From Myxococcota bacterium (GTDB taxonomy: Bacteria > Myxococcota_A > Polyangia > Nannocystales > Nannocystaceae), in contig JBCCHT010000019.1 of assembly GCA_039028615.1 (NCBI GenBank), positions 152,267 to 216,266 on the forward strand: a stretch of DNA of 64,000 nt. The letters run 5' to 3'. Of the stretch, positions 39,754 through 49,269 are shown piece by piece (positions within the stretch are counted from its first letter, which is position 1; every line of letters begins with the position of its first letter). The notes beneath the pieces are model-generated. The model worked only from the letters and a program-made list of their open reading frames with translations. It had not been told where the DNA came from and did not search any database. A program made the position numbers and the translations under genes.

Positions 39754-41211
39754 ATGTCCCACGCCCGCGTTCGTCCCCTCGCTGCCCTGACCACCCTGGT
39801 CGCGGCCGGCACTCTTTTGCTGCTCCCGGAGATCGCATCGGCGTCGACCGACGAAGCGGTACCGCCCGACGACGACTCCACCGAAGTGTACGGAGGAGAC
39901 TTCGTGCAGGACTGCGGCTGGCCGACCACCGTGTCGATGGAAGGCTCGTGCACGGGCACGTTGATTCACCCGCAGGTGGTCATCTACGCGGCGCACTGTG
40001 GCGGCAGCTACGGCAGTGTGCAGTTCGGCGAGCAGATCAGCCCCGGACACTCGCGCACGGTGCCGACGCAATACTGCTCGACCTATCCCGGCGGGTATCA
40101 GCCCGGCGCAGGCACGGACTGGGCCTTTTGTGTCCTCGCCGAACCGCAGAACGACATCGCGATCGTCCCTCCATTGATGGGGTGCGAGGTCGACGTTCTG
40201 CAATCGGGATACCCGGTCACCGTCGTCGGCTTCGGCCAAGCGGAGACGGGCTACGGCGACAAGAAAGAGGTCACCACCGGCTTCGGCTACATCCAGGGCC
40301 AAGAGGCGTTCTTGGGGGGCAACGGCGAAGACGCCTGTGGCGGTGACTCGGGTGGTCCCGTCTACGTGCAAATGCCCGACGACGGAAGCTGGCGCGTCTT
40401 CGGCATCACCTCCTACGGATCCTCGAGCTGCACCCAAGGTGGCTTCTACTCGATGATGCACTTCGGCATGGAGTGGTTCGAGTCCGAGAGTGGCTTCGAC
40501 CTCACCCCGTGCACCGACTCCCAGGGCAATTGGCAGCCCAACCCGGAGTGCCAACAGTTCCCGATGAACCCGGGCTACTCGGGTGGTGCGTGGAACAACG
40601 GCTGTGAGCCGGGCGAGCTGAGCGGACCCGAGACCACCTGCGGCGGTCCCTTCAATCCCGACGGCGACCCCGATCCGCCCATCATCACCTTCCTCAACCC
40701 GGCCCAGCAATCGCGCTTCGACAGCGATCCCGCGACGGGCTCGGCCGCGGTCACCATCGACATCAGCGCCGACGACGGCATGGGCTACGGGGTGGACAGC
40801 GTCGAGCTGTTGATCAACGGCGAGGCCGTGCCGGGCGGGCTGCTCGACAACGGCCCCTATACCTACAACCTGGCGTTGCCTCCGGGGCAGTTCAGCTTCG
40901 ACGCGATCGGCACCGACTACTCGGGCAACGTGGGCATGGCCGAGACGCTGTACATCGGCGTCGACATGGACGCCGAGGAGCCCCCGCCCAGCGGTGAAGG
41001 CGACGGCTCGGGCGGCGTGGACTCGGCCGACGGCACCGGGGGCGACGATCTCCCCGGCGGTACGGGAGACGGCTTCGACTCTGACGACGGCACCGCAGGT
41101 GGGGTCGACGGCGGGGCCGAAGGCTGCGGCTGCAACACCAACGACACCGGGCCTACGCCGCTGTTGCTGGGCCTGCTCGGCCTCGTAGCGCTCCGTCGTC
41201 GTCGCGACTGA
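39754..41211 (+). CDS. Trypsin-like S1 serine protease with MYXO-CTERM tail (paralog of the preceding gene)
   Basis: AAHC, DACGGDSGGP, GCGC...LLGLVALRRRRD; colinear with 38035-39468. Confidence 0.92.
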   Translation: MSHARVRPLAALTTLVAAGTLLLLPEIASASTDEAVPPDDDSTEVYGGDFVQDCGWPTTVSMEGSCTGTLIHPQVVIYAAHCGGSYGSVQFGEQISPGHSRTVPTQYCSTYPGGYQPGAGTDWAFCVLAEPQNDIAIVPPLMGCEVDVLQSGYPVTVVGFGQAETGYGDKKEVTTGFGYIQGQEAFLGGNGEDACGGDSGGPVYVQMPDDGSWRVFGITSYGSSSCTQGGFYSMMHFGMEWFESESGFDLTPCTDSQGNWQPNPECQQFPMNPGYSGGAWNNGCEPGELSGPETTCGGPFNPDGDPDPPIITFLNPAQQSRFDSDPATGSAAVTIDISADDGMGYGVDSVELLINGEAVPGGLLDNGPYTYNLALPPGQFSFDAIGTDYSGNVGMAETLYIGVDMDAEEPPPSGEGDGSGGVDSADGTGGDDLPGGTGDGFDSDDGTAGGVDGGAEGCGCNTNDTGPTPLLLGLLGLVALRRRRD

Positions 41212-41230
41212 CCCGAACGCTCGCGTCCCT

Positions 41231-41770
41231 TCAATCGCCGAGTGCCTGGATCAGGTGCTCGGCGATTGTGCGATCGGGGCTCCGCTGCGCGTCATGCTTG
41301 CGGCGAAACTCGATCCACCGCTCGGCCCACTTCGCCTGTGGCTCGAGGATGAGGTCGGCGTCGATGTCCGCCATCGACCGGAAGTTGAGCTCACAACAAC
41401 GAACCTCCTGCGGCCGGTCCGGGTGCCACAGGGGGATCCCATACTTGCGACAGATCCGGGGGCGAAACTCGTAGAGCCCGCAGCGACCGTCCTCGTCGAG
41501 CACGGGGCACGGCACGCGCTCGTCGGGGCGATACGCCTGCGCCTTGGCCAAGATCTGGGCCCGACGCGGCTCGGGTAGCGTGGCCAGGCCCTCGCGCAGC
41601 AGCTCGCCCTCGGGCCCCGAGACGCGGAAGGTTTGATGGCAGCAGCCGCTACAGCCCGGACCACACTGCACTTGCTCGGGGTAGCGCTGCATGACGGGGC
41701 GAACCCCGTCGTCGATGAGCCGCAGGTGCCGACGCAGGTGCGCCCGACGCTCCTCGCGGTCGTCGCTCAC
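41231..41770 (-). CDS. YkgJ-family (CxxCxxCC) Fe-S/zinc cluster protein
   Basis: CGPGCSGCC, CPVLDEDGRCGLYEFRPRICR; GTGA overlap with the upstream gene. Confidence 0.87.
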   Translation of the reverse strand: MSDDREERRAHLRRHLRLIDDGVRPVMQRYPEQVQCGPGCSGCCHQTFRVSGPEGELLREGLATLPEPRRAQILAKAQAYRPDERVPCPVLDEDGRCGLYEFRPRICRKYGIPLWHPDRPQEVRCCELNFRSMADIDADLILEPQAKWAERWIEFRRKHDAQRSPDRTIAEHLIQALGD

Positions 41771-42738
41771 GGCAGGTGCACGCTGGGCTCGAGCTGCCAG
41801 ACCGCTTCGTACTCTTCGGCCTCGACCGCGGCGACGATCTCTTCGGCCACCGCCGGCATGTCGTCCACCGAGCGCGGCCCGCCCTGATAAAAGAAGTGCT
41901 CCTGCCCCTGCTTGTCGGTCTCGTACCAGCTGTCGAGGTCGTCGACGCACAGGATGTGGCCCATCTTCCAGCGCGCGAGCAGGTTGGCCACGCTGATGTC
42001 GTCGCTGAAGCTCTCTTGCAGGTGGCCGATGCGGCGCGCCTCTTCGCTGATCTCGTCGAGGCGATTGGCGACCACCAGGGGCAAATCACCCGAGACCGAC
42101 AGCGACTCGAGGTCGTAGCGGTTGCCCCAGTGTCGTCCGTTGATGAACACGTAGGGCGGCACCATCACTCCGGTGAGCTTGGCGAGCTGCCGTGCCGTCT
42201 GCGGCTCGCGGCGCAGATCGTTGTGCCGCACCTCGGCCTCGATGGTCTCGAGGATGGTCTCGATCGCTGCCACGTCCTCGGCCTCGTCAGGGGTCGCATA
42301 GACCACCACCAAACGGTCCTCGGGCTTGAGCCCGGTCTCGGCCTTCTGCTTGACCCGCTGCAGGACCGAGCGCGGATCTTCGCGGCGCGGAGGCGAGCCC
42401 GTCGCCTGGGTCGGCGCTTGCTCCACCGCGGGCTCGGGAGCGGCCTTTTCGGGCTCGGCGGAAGCCGCTTCGGGCTCGGCGGAAGCCGCTTCGGTCTCGA
42501 CGGCGGCGGGCACCTCGTCGCTCTCTTTGGGGGCGTCCGCGGGGGCCTCGGCCTCGGGCGCTGCATCCGAAGACGCCTGCGGCTCCTCTTCCCCCGTCAC
42601 GTAGTGGATCACCTCAGCCAACGGCGCCGGGGCATGGGCGGCGACGCTGCGTCCGAACTTCCGGCCCGCATCCAGCACGTCGTCGGGAAGGTGGTCTTCG
42701 GCCGCCCGCTTCGCACGATCGAGTAAATCCTTGAACAT
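41767..42738 (-). CDS. Protein with glutaredoxin-like domain lacking CxxC
   Basis: VVVYAT...LAKLTGVMVPPYVFINGRHWG pattern; acidic Ala/Pro linker. Confidence 0.7.
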   Translation of the reverse strand: MFKDLLDRAKRAAEDHLPDDVLDAGRKFGRSVAAHAPAPLAEVIHYVTGEEEPQASSDAAPEAEAPADAPKESDEVPAAVETEAASAEPEAASAEPEKAAPEPAVEQAPTQATGSPPRREDPRSVLQRVKQKAETGLKPEDRLVVVYATPDEAEDVAAIETILETIEAEVRHNDLRREPQTARQLAKLTGVMVPPYVFINGRHWGNRYDLESLSVSGDLPLVVANRLDEISEEARRIGHLQESFSDDISVANLLARWKMGHILCVDDLDSWYETDKQGQEHFFYQGGPRSVDDMPAVAEEIVAAVEAEEYEAVWQLEPSVHLP

Positions 42739-43106
42739 GTCCCTTGGCTCTCCTGCTCGCACGCCCGTCCGGTCGAGCTGCGGGAGCATAACAGCGGGTT
42801 CATGGGCCCCATCAATCGGCGACAGCTGGTCTTGTAGGGGGTTTTACGGGGGTCATCGCGACGAAGCTCACGATGCGTCGCCGGGGCGTTTTTCCCGCCC
42901 CGCCACCCGCGAGTCAGGGAAACCGTCGACCGCCCGGACCAATGCGGAGCCCGATGATCGAAGGACCCGGCCCAGCGTGGTCGGCTCGTTTCAACGTGGT
43001 TGCGGGGCCTCCCCCACGCGCCACATCGGAACCCCGACGGTGGGCTCCTCGGGTGGCTGCAACCCCTGGCGGCGCTACGCTGAAGTCATAGCTGAGTAGG
43101 ACGCTC

Positions 43107-43748
43107 ATGACTTCATCGATCGAGACGGCCACCGTGCCGTGGTTTCCCGGGCGAGCCACGACGACTCGCCTGCTCGAGACCGTCACCGAGCAATGGTGGG
43201 GGTTTCGACCCAACCTCCTGCCGCACATCGTGGAGGAAAAGGGCTCGCTGAGCGTTCTTTTGTGGACGCTTCGCACGATGCCCCGCTACGAGCGCATTCG
43301 AGAGCACTGGGGCCCCGTTCGCCTCCACCTCATCGCCACCACCATCTCCATCCTCGACAGATGTGCCTACTGCACCCACGGCCACGCCATGGCGCTGCAG
43401 TTGCACTACCTCCTCCGCTTCGACCACCTGTTCCCGCTCGACGAAGCGACCATCTCGGGCCTGCGCGCCAACGACGACTTCACCATCATCACCGCGCTGG
43501 AGCTCGTGCTGATCGGGCTCGACCTCGAGTCCGAAGTCGCCTTGCTCCATCGCACCGCCGAGCTCCGCGACGGCGCCACTCCGCACAGCGCCGACGACCA
43601 CCGCATCTGCCAGCTCATCGAGATGCTGGGCTTCCTCGGCTCGTGTGCCACCCGAAGCAACGTCGCCATCGACGAAGCCCACGACCCGATCAACGAGAAC
43701 ACCGCCATTCGCCGCCGCTACGCCGACCTGCGCGCCGCCGAGGGCTAG
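43107..43748 (+). CDS. AhpD/carboxymuconolactone decarboxylase-like protein
   Basis: HLIATTISILDRCAYCTHGH (CxxCxxxH). Confidence 0.7.
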   Translation: MTSSIETATVPWFPGRATTTRLLETVTEQWWGFRPNLLPHIVEEKGSLSVLLWTLRTMPRYERIREHWGPVRLHLIATTISILDRCAYCTHGHAMALQLHYLLRFDHLFPLDEATISGLRANDDFTIITALELVLIGLDLESEVALLHRTAELRDGATPHSADDHRICQLIEMLGFLGSCATRSNVAIDEAHDPINENTAIRRRYADLRAAEG

Positions 43749-43788
43749 ATCCCCGAGCGCCCGGCGGGGCCTGTGGCACACTGCGCTC

Positions 43789-44808
43789 GTGTCCCGTCGG
43801 CGATTTCGAGGCAGAGCGATCGCGACCGCAGTCGAGACCGCGGCCCGCGGCTTGTCCACGCTGGGCCGGCTGCACCCCAAAGCACGTCGTTCCTCGCATG
43901 GGGTGGAGGTCATCGCCGACCTCCCCTATGGCCAGGACCATCGAGCCCAGCGCCTCGATGTCTATCGCCCAGTTCGCAAGCCCGGGCCGTGGCCGGTCGT
44001 GTTCTACGTGCACGGGGGCGGCTTTTCGATCCTCTCCAAGGACACCCACTGGGCGATGGCGCTGTCGTTCGCCAGGCGCGGCTATCTGGTCGTCAACGTC
44101 GACTATCGCCTCGCCCCCAAGCATCGCTTTCCCCTCCCGATCCAAGACGTGATGCTCGCCTACGCGTGGATGCTCGACCACGTGGCGGAGTACGGGGGTG
44201 ACGACGGGCAGATCGTGCTCGCGGGCGAGTCCGCCGGGGCCAACCTCGTGCTCACGAGCACCCTCGCCACCATGCACGAACGCCCCGAGCCGTGGGCGCG
44301 CGTGCTCTTCGACCGCGGTCGCGTGCCCGATGCGGTGCTGCCCGCGTGCGGCATCCTCCAGGTCACCAACATCGAGCGCTTCGCCCACGGCGACGACACG
44401 CCCAATGCGTTCATCATGCAGCGGATCGTCGGCGTGGGGCGGTCGTATCTCGGCGCTGCCGCCATGCGCCCGCGGGACCCCGAGCCGGGGCCGCTCGACC
44501 TGGCCGATCCGCTGGTGTGGATCGAACGCGGCGACGCCAGCTCTCGCCCCATGCCCCCGGTCTTCGCTCCGGTCGGCGGTGCAGACCCGATCCTCGCGGA
44601 CACCGTCCGGCTGCATCAGGCACTGCGCGCCCAGGGCTCCCGCTGCGAGGCGCCCATCTATCCCGACGCTCGCCATGCCTTCCACGCGCTCGTGTGGCGC
44701 TCGCAGGCCCGGCAGTGCTGGCGAGACACCCACGTGTTCCTGGCCGACGTGCTCCAGCCCGACCGCGCCCCCGCGAGCTCGGGCGGGGGCTATAGTCCGT
44801 CGCGGTGA
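43789..44808 (+). CDS. Alpha/beta hydrolase (HSL-family esterase/lipase; start uncertain)
   Basis: HGGGF, VDYRLAP, GESAG, DPIL, HAF. Confidence 0.9.
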   Translation: MSRRRFRGRAIATAVETAARGLSTLGRLHPKARRSSHGVEVIADLPYGQDHRAQRLDVYRPVRKPGPWPVVFYVHGGGFSILSKDTHWAMALSFARRGYLVVNVDYRLAPKHRFPLPIQDVMLAYAWMLDHVAEYGGDDGQIVLAGESAGANLVLTSTLATMHERPEPWARVLFDRGRVPDAVLPACGILQVTNIERFAHGDDTPNAFIMQRIVGVGRSYLGAAAMRPRDPEPGPLDLADPLVWIERGDASSRPMPPVFAPVGGADPILADTVRLHQALRAQGSRCEAPIYPDARHAFHALVWRSQARQCWRDTHVFLADVLQPDRAPASSGGGYSPSR

Positions 44809-46883
44809 GCACCGAGCCCGAGACCTCCGCGTCCCTGCCCCCGCTCGACGAGGCGCTCCGGGAGCGCTTCGGCTTCGATGCCTTTCGGCCGGGCCAGCGG
44901 GAGGCGATCGAGCTCCTCATGCGGGAGCGCAGGCTGCTGTGCATCCAGCCCACCGGACACGGCAAGTCGCTGCTCTACCAGCTTCCCGCCTCCTTGCTGC
45001 CGGGGGTCACCGTCGTCATCTCCCCGCTGCTCGCCCTGATGCGGGACCAGGTGGGCCAGCTTCGCGCCCGCTTTGGCATCGAGGCCGCGTCCATCAACTC
45101 CGACCAGACCGAGGACGAGAACGCACAGACCGTGGAAGCCGCGCACGAAGGGCGACTGAAGATCCTCTTCGTCGCCCCGGAGAAGCTCGACAACCTGGCC
45201 GAGTTTCGCTTCCTGCTCTCGCTGCCGGTCTCCCTGCTGGTCATCGACGAGGCCCACTGCATCTCCACCTGGGGTCACGACTTTCGCCCCTCGTATCGCC
45301 GCATCCTCGACGCAGTCGGCCGCTTCGCAGAGCAGAACTCGGACCTGCGAGTCCTGGCCCTCACCGCGACCGCCGATGCGCGCACCGAGCAGGACATCGC
45401 CCAGCTGCTGAGCGCGGACGAGCGCCCCTTGGCCGTGCATCGGCAGGGCATGGACCGGCCCAACCTCTCGCTGGGCCTCCGACCCGTGCGGGGCCTCGCC
45501 GCCAAGCTCGAGGCGCTGTGGGCCGTGCTCCGCGAGGTCGAAGGCTGTGCGGTGCTGTACTGCGCAACCCGAGATCAGACCGAGATCGTGGCCGGCTATC
45601 TCGCGGCCAACGACCTGCCCGTGGTGGCCTATCACGCGGGCCTCGAGCCCACACGCAAGCGCGCGCTCCAAGAGGCGTTCAGCTCGGGCGAGGTCTCGAT
45701 GATCGCGGCCACCAACGCGCTGGGCATGGGCATCGACAAGCCGGACATTCGCTTCATCGCCCACGTCGACGTGCCCGGCTCGATCACCGCCTACTACCAG
45801 GAGGTCGGTCGCGCGGGTCGAGACGGTGAACCCGCGACGGGGGTGCTGCTCTTCGACCCCGCCGACCAAGACGTGCAGCGCTACTTCATCCGCTCGGCCC
45901 AGCCCTCGCTCGAGGACTTCGCCACGGTCCGAGAGGTCATCGCGGGGGCCAGCGAGCCCCCCGGGCTCATGGCCATCAAGTCGCGCTCCGGCCTGCACCC
46001 CACCCGGGTGACGGTGGTCCTCGCGGAACTCATCGAGCAGGGCTTCGTCGAGAAGATCTTGATGGGGCGCAAGCAGTGCTACGTGCCCACCGACGAGGAG
46101 GGGCAGCCCGATCTCGATCGCTACCGTCGGCAGCTGGAGGTCCGCAATGCCGAGCTCGATGCCATGCTCGCCTACGGCCGTGGCCAACCTCCGTGCTTGA
46201 TGCAGGCGCTGCGCCGGGCGCTGGGCGACGACGATGCGGGCCCCTGCGGTCGTTGCGATCGCTGCATGCCTCGCCCCGAGGTCGAGGCGCCGAAGCCCCC
46301 CGTCTCGGCCGAGGCATGGCTCGACTCTCGCACCATTCCCGTGGCCGGGTTTCGCTCGCCCAAGGTCGCCTCCGGCCTCGCGCTGCTCGACGGCCCCATG
46401 CGCGGCCGTCTCTTTGCCGAGTTCATGCGGGGCCGCGCCAAGGGCCAGATGCCTCCGCCGCGCCTGCTCGAGCTGCTCGAGCACGCCGTGGACACGCTGC
46501 GAGAGGAGCACGACTTCGGGTGTGTGGTCACCATCCCCTCGCGCACCTGGGAGCGCCGCCTCGACGTGGGCGAGCACATCGCTCGCCACCTGGGCGTGCC
46601 GCTGGTCGAAGCGCTCCACTACGACCCGGCCCCGAAGGCTCGACAGGGCGAGCTGCACAACAACGATCAGCGTCGAGACAACGTGCGGGGCTGCTTGTCC
46701 CCCGACTACGACGCCGACCTGCCCGCGGGCGCGATGTTGCTCGTCGACGACTACCTCGGCTCCCGCGCCACGCTCAAAGAGGCCGCCACCGTGCTTCGAA
46801 AGTCACTCCAGTGGGAGCCCGACATCGTGCCGCTGTTGGTCGCGCGCGTGCGATGGAAGCTCGGCACCTCGGGCATGCTCTAG
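44805..46883 (+). CDS. RecQ-family helicase with C-terminal phosphoribosyltransferase-like domain
   Basis: PTGHGKS, DEAHCISTWGHDFRP, ATNALGMGIDK, QEVGRAGRDG, CGRCDRC; C-terminal LLVDDYLGSRATL. Confidence 0.92.
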   Translation: MSTEPETSASLPPLDEALRERFGFDAFRPGQREAIELLMRERRLLCIQPTGHGKSLLYQLPASLLPGVTVVISPLLALMRDQVGQLRARFGIEAASINSDQTEDENAQTVEAAHEGRLKILFVAPEKLDNLAEFRFLLSLPVSLLVIDEAHCISTWGHDFRPSYRRILDAVGRFAEQNSDLRVLALTATADARTEQDIAQLLSADERPLAVHRQGMDRPNLSLGLRPVRGLAAKLEALWAVLREVEGCAVLYCATRDQTEIVAGYLAANDLPVVAYHAGLEPTRKRALQEAFSSGEVSMIAATNALGMGIDKPDIRFIAHVDVPGSITAYYQEVGRAGRDGEPATGVLLFDPADQDVQRYFIRSAQPSLEDFATVREVIAGASEPPGLMAIKSRSGLHPTRVTVVLAELIEQGFVEKILMGRKQCYVPTDEEGQPDLDRYRRQLEVRNAELDAMLAYGRGQPPCLMQALRRALGDDDAGPCGRCDRCMPRPEVEAPKPPVSAEAWLDSRTIPVAGFRSPKVASGLALLDGPMRGRLFAEFMRGRAKGQMPPPRLLELLEHAVDTLREEHDFGCVVTIPSRTWERRLDVGEHIARHLGVPLVEALHYDPAPKARQGELHNNDQRRDNVRGCLSPDYDADLPAGAMLLVDDYLGSRATLKEAATVLRKSLQWEPDIVPLLVARVRWKLGTSGML

Positions 46884-47027
46884 CCCGCGCGTGAAATGTG
46901 AGGCCGGGTCGCGAGCAATGCGATGACCGAATCCGTGCACTGTGATCCACGCCTCATGGGGTGAGTCTCGATCGACATGCCCTACGTGGTTTGCTCTGTG
47001 GTTGGCGTGCCACGTTTAGCGGCGACC

Positions 47028-48368
47028 ATGTTGAACTACGACTCGACCCCCCCGCGCCATTCCAAGCTTCCTCGACTGTCTGGATTGACCCTAGGCCTCG
47101 GGCTGCTGACCGGAGCCCTCGCGGGCACGCTCCAAGGCTGCGACGAGAGCCCCGTGGGCAACATCGCCGAGCAGTGCGGACTGGACATCAACTGCGAGGC
47201 GGGCGGCGTACTCGAGGGCAACGCCAGCGTATCGGGCATCGCGTCCATCGACTCGTTCTTCGGCGCCGTGATCGACGTCAACGCGAGGATCGGCCAGGTC
47301 GAGGGCACCATTCGCACCGAGCTCGATGCCATTGCCGTGTCGGTGGGCCTCGAGCCAGGGGCGGCCGGAGCCGACATCCGAGCCGCCATCGAGGGCCGCA
47401 TCTCCGCCGCGGTGAGCGGGGGGCTGACGATCGCGGCCGAGCCCGCCCGCTGCGAGGCCTCGGTCGAAGTCGTCGCCGCGGCCGCGGCCGAGTGTGATGC
47501 GTCCGTCGATCCGGGCGAGGTCAGCTTCGCGTGCGAAGGTTCGTGCGAGGTCGAGGCGGGCGTGGCCGTCGACTGCGGAGCCGAGGCCGAGCTGCACTGC
47601 ACCGCCCAGGCCCCCAACGTTCGCTGCGAAGGCATGTGCGAGGGCACCTGCGAGGCGGAGACGGCCGGCGAAGGGGTCGTGTGCGAGGGCAGCTGCCGCG
47701 GTGGCTGCGTGGGCGAGTGTGCGGTCGAGAATGCGGACGGGACCTGCAACGGCCTGTGCGAAGGCACCTGCACCGGCTCCTGCGAGCTCGACGTCGCCGC
47801 CTCGTGTGACGGTAACTGCCAGGGCACCTGCGACTTCGTGCCCCCGGAGGCCAGCTGTGACGCCAGCGCTCAGGCGCGGTGCGAGGCCGAGGCCGGCGGC
47901 TCGGTGCAGTGCGAAGCGGGCTGTTCGGGCAGCGCCGAGCCTCCCTCGGTGACGGCCGAGTGTGAAGCGAGCGTGGAAGCCAAGGCCTCGGCCAGCGTCG
48001 AGTGCACGCCGCCCTCGGTGGCCATCACGTGGAACTGGAGCGCGGAGCTCGAGGGTGACCTCCAGGCCCAGGCCGAGTTCCGGGCGTGGATCAACGGCTT
48101 CCGCGGCCACTACTCGGCCATCCTCGCCGCCCGGGCTCAGGGTGACCTGCTCGTCGAGGCAGGCCAGGGTCTCATCGATGCTTCGGGCACCGCCGTCACC
48201 GATGCCGCGGCCGAGCTGCAGGCCGACGCCAACCTGCGCGCATCGATCGGCGCCGCGTGTGCCATCGGCGAGCTGCCGGTCGCGGCCGAGGTCGTCACCA
48301 ATTCGGTCGGACGACTGAGCGCGTCGGTCTCGGCCGCCGCCGAGATCACCGCGGCCGTGGGCGGCTAG
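47028..48368 (+). CDS. Cys-rich myxobacterial lipoprotein (CEG.C repeats)
   Basis: LQGC lipobox; many C-x-G-x-C repeats flanked by helical regions. Confidence 0.8.
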   Translation: MLNYDSTPPRHSKLPRLSGLTLGLGLLTGALAGTLQGCDESPVGNIAEQCGLDINCEAGGVLEGNASVSGIASIDSFFGAVIDVNARIGQVEGTIRTELDAIAVSVGLEPGAAGADIRAAIEGRISAAVSGGLTIAAEPARCEASVEVVAAAAAECDASVDPGEVSFACEGSCEVEAGVAVDCGAEAELHCTAQAPNVRCEGMCEGTCEAETAGEGVVCEGSCRGGCVGECAVENADGTCNGLCEGTCTGSCELDVAASCDGNCQGTCDFVPPEASCDASAQARCEAEAGGSVQCEAGCSGSAEPPSVTAECEASVEAKASASVECTPPSVAITWNWSAELEGDLQAQAEFRAWINGFRGHYSAILAARAQGDLLVEAGQGLIDASGTAVTDAAAELQADANLRASIGAACAIGELPVAAEVVTNSVGRLSASVSAAAEITAAVGG

Positions 48369-48396
48369 TCGCCGCTCGTCTCGCGAGAACATCGAT

Positions 48397-48432
48397 CGGG
48401 CGCCATGCTTCCCCGCGGAGGCATGGCGCCCG
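48397..48432. terminator. GC-rich 16-bp hairpin after the Cys-rich gene
   Basis: CGGGCGCCATGCTTCC-CCGC-GGAGGCATGGCGCCCG; no U-tract. Confidence 0.5.
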
Positions 48433-48549
48433 CCGTCGTGTGCAGGCCTGCATGTCCGGCGTCCCCTGAGGCCATGGCTCCGAGATCGGGACGGCCCGAT
48501 GCGAACGCAGGAGGCGAACTGCCCGGGTCGAGTCGGGCACCATGATGGC

Positions 48550-49206
48550 ATGACCCGTGTGCGCCTGCCCCTTGTCCTGTGCTCGACCCTCCTGCTCGTT
48601 CCGCTCGCGTGCGGTGACGATGCCGGAACCCCGACCGACGATGACGACGCCTTCGGCGGCACGACCGTCTCGCTGCCCACGACCGGAGATGTCGTCGGGA
48701 CCACGTCCGGCGACTCGACGGGCGACCCCGAGGACACCGACATCCCGCCCGGCGACAGCAGCGGAGAGAACGACACGAGTGGCGGTGCCGGGGGATGTGC
48801 CGGGTCGGGAACCGTCACAGTTGGCGCTTCTTCGATCCTCGATCAATTCGGACATCTTCTGTTCCTCAACCTCTTCGTCAACGGGATGGCGATGGACGGC
48901 AGCGGAATGGAAGAGGTGACGATGACGGTGGAAGGCGACCAGATCGGCTTCTCCGTGGCGGCACGCGACATGGGCAGCGGATCCGGGCACGGCGGCGTCA
49001 GCGAGGTCAGCGGCACGCTGAACCGAGCCGATTGCACATTCGACGTATCTGGCGAAGTCCCCTTCATGAGCGACAATGGTGACTTCGGAATGGTCACTTC
49101 GGCGTGGACGGGAACGGCGATTGTCGATTCCATTCGGGCGACGTTCAGCCTCAGCGGCGGCAACATTCCGAGTGGTCCGATCGAGTTCGAAGTCGAGCTG
49201 CAATAG
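48550..49206 (+). CDS. Hypothetical lipoprotein
   Basis: PLAC lipobox; Thr/Gly/Asp linker; beta-rich C-terminus. Confidence 0.72.
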   Translation: MTRVRLPLVLCSTLLLVPLACGDDAGTPTDDDDAFGGTTVSLPTTGDVVGTTSGDSTGDPEDTDIPPGDSSGENDTSGGAGGCAGSGTVTVGASSILDQFGHLLFLNLFVNGMAMDGSGMEEVTMTVEGDQIGFSVAARDMGSGSGHGGVSEVSGTLNRADCTFDVSGEVPFMSDNGDFGMVTSAWTGTAIVDSIRATFSLSGGNIPSGPIEFEVELQ

Positions 49207-49269
49207 AACTCGGCGCGGAGATTTTCTCCAGACGCGACGCCCGAGGCGTGCTACATCAAGCGCCGCCTG

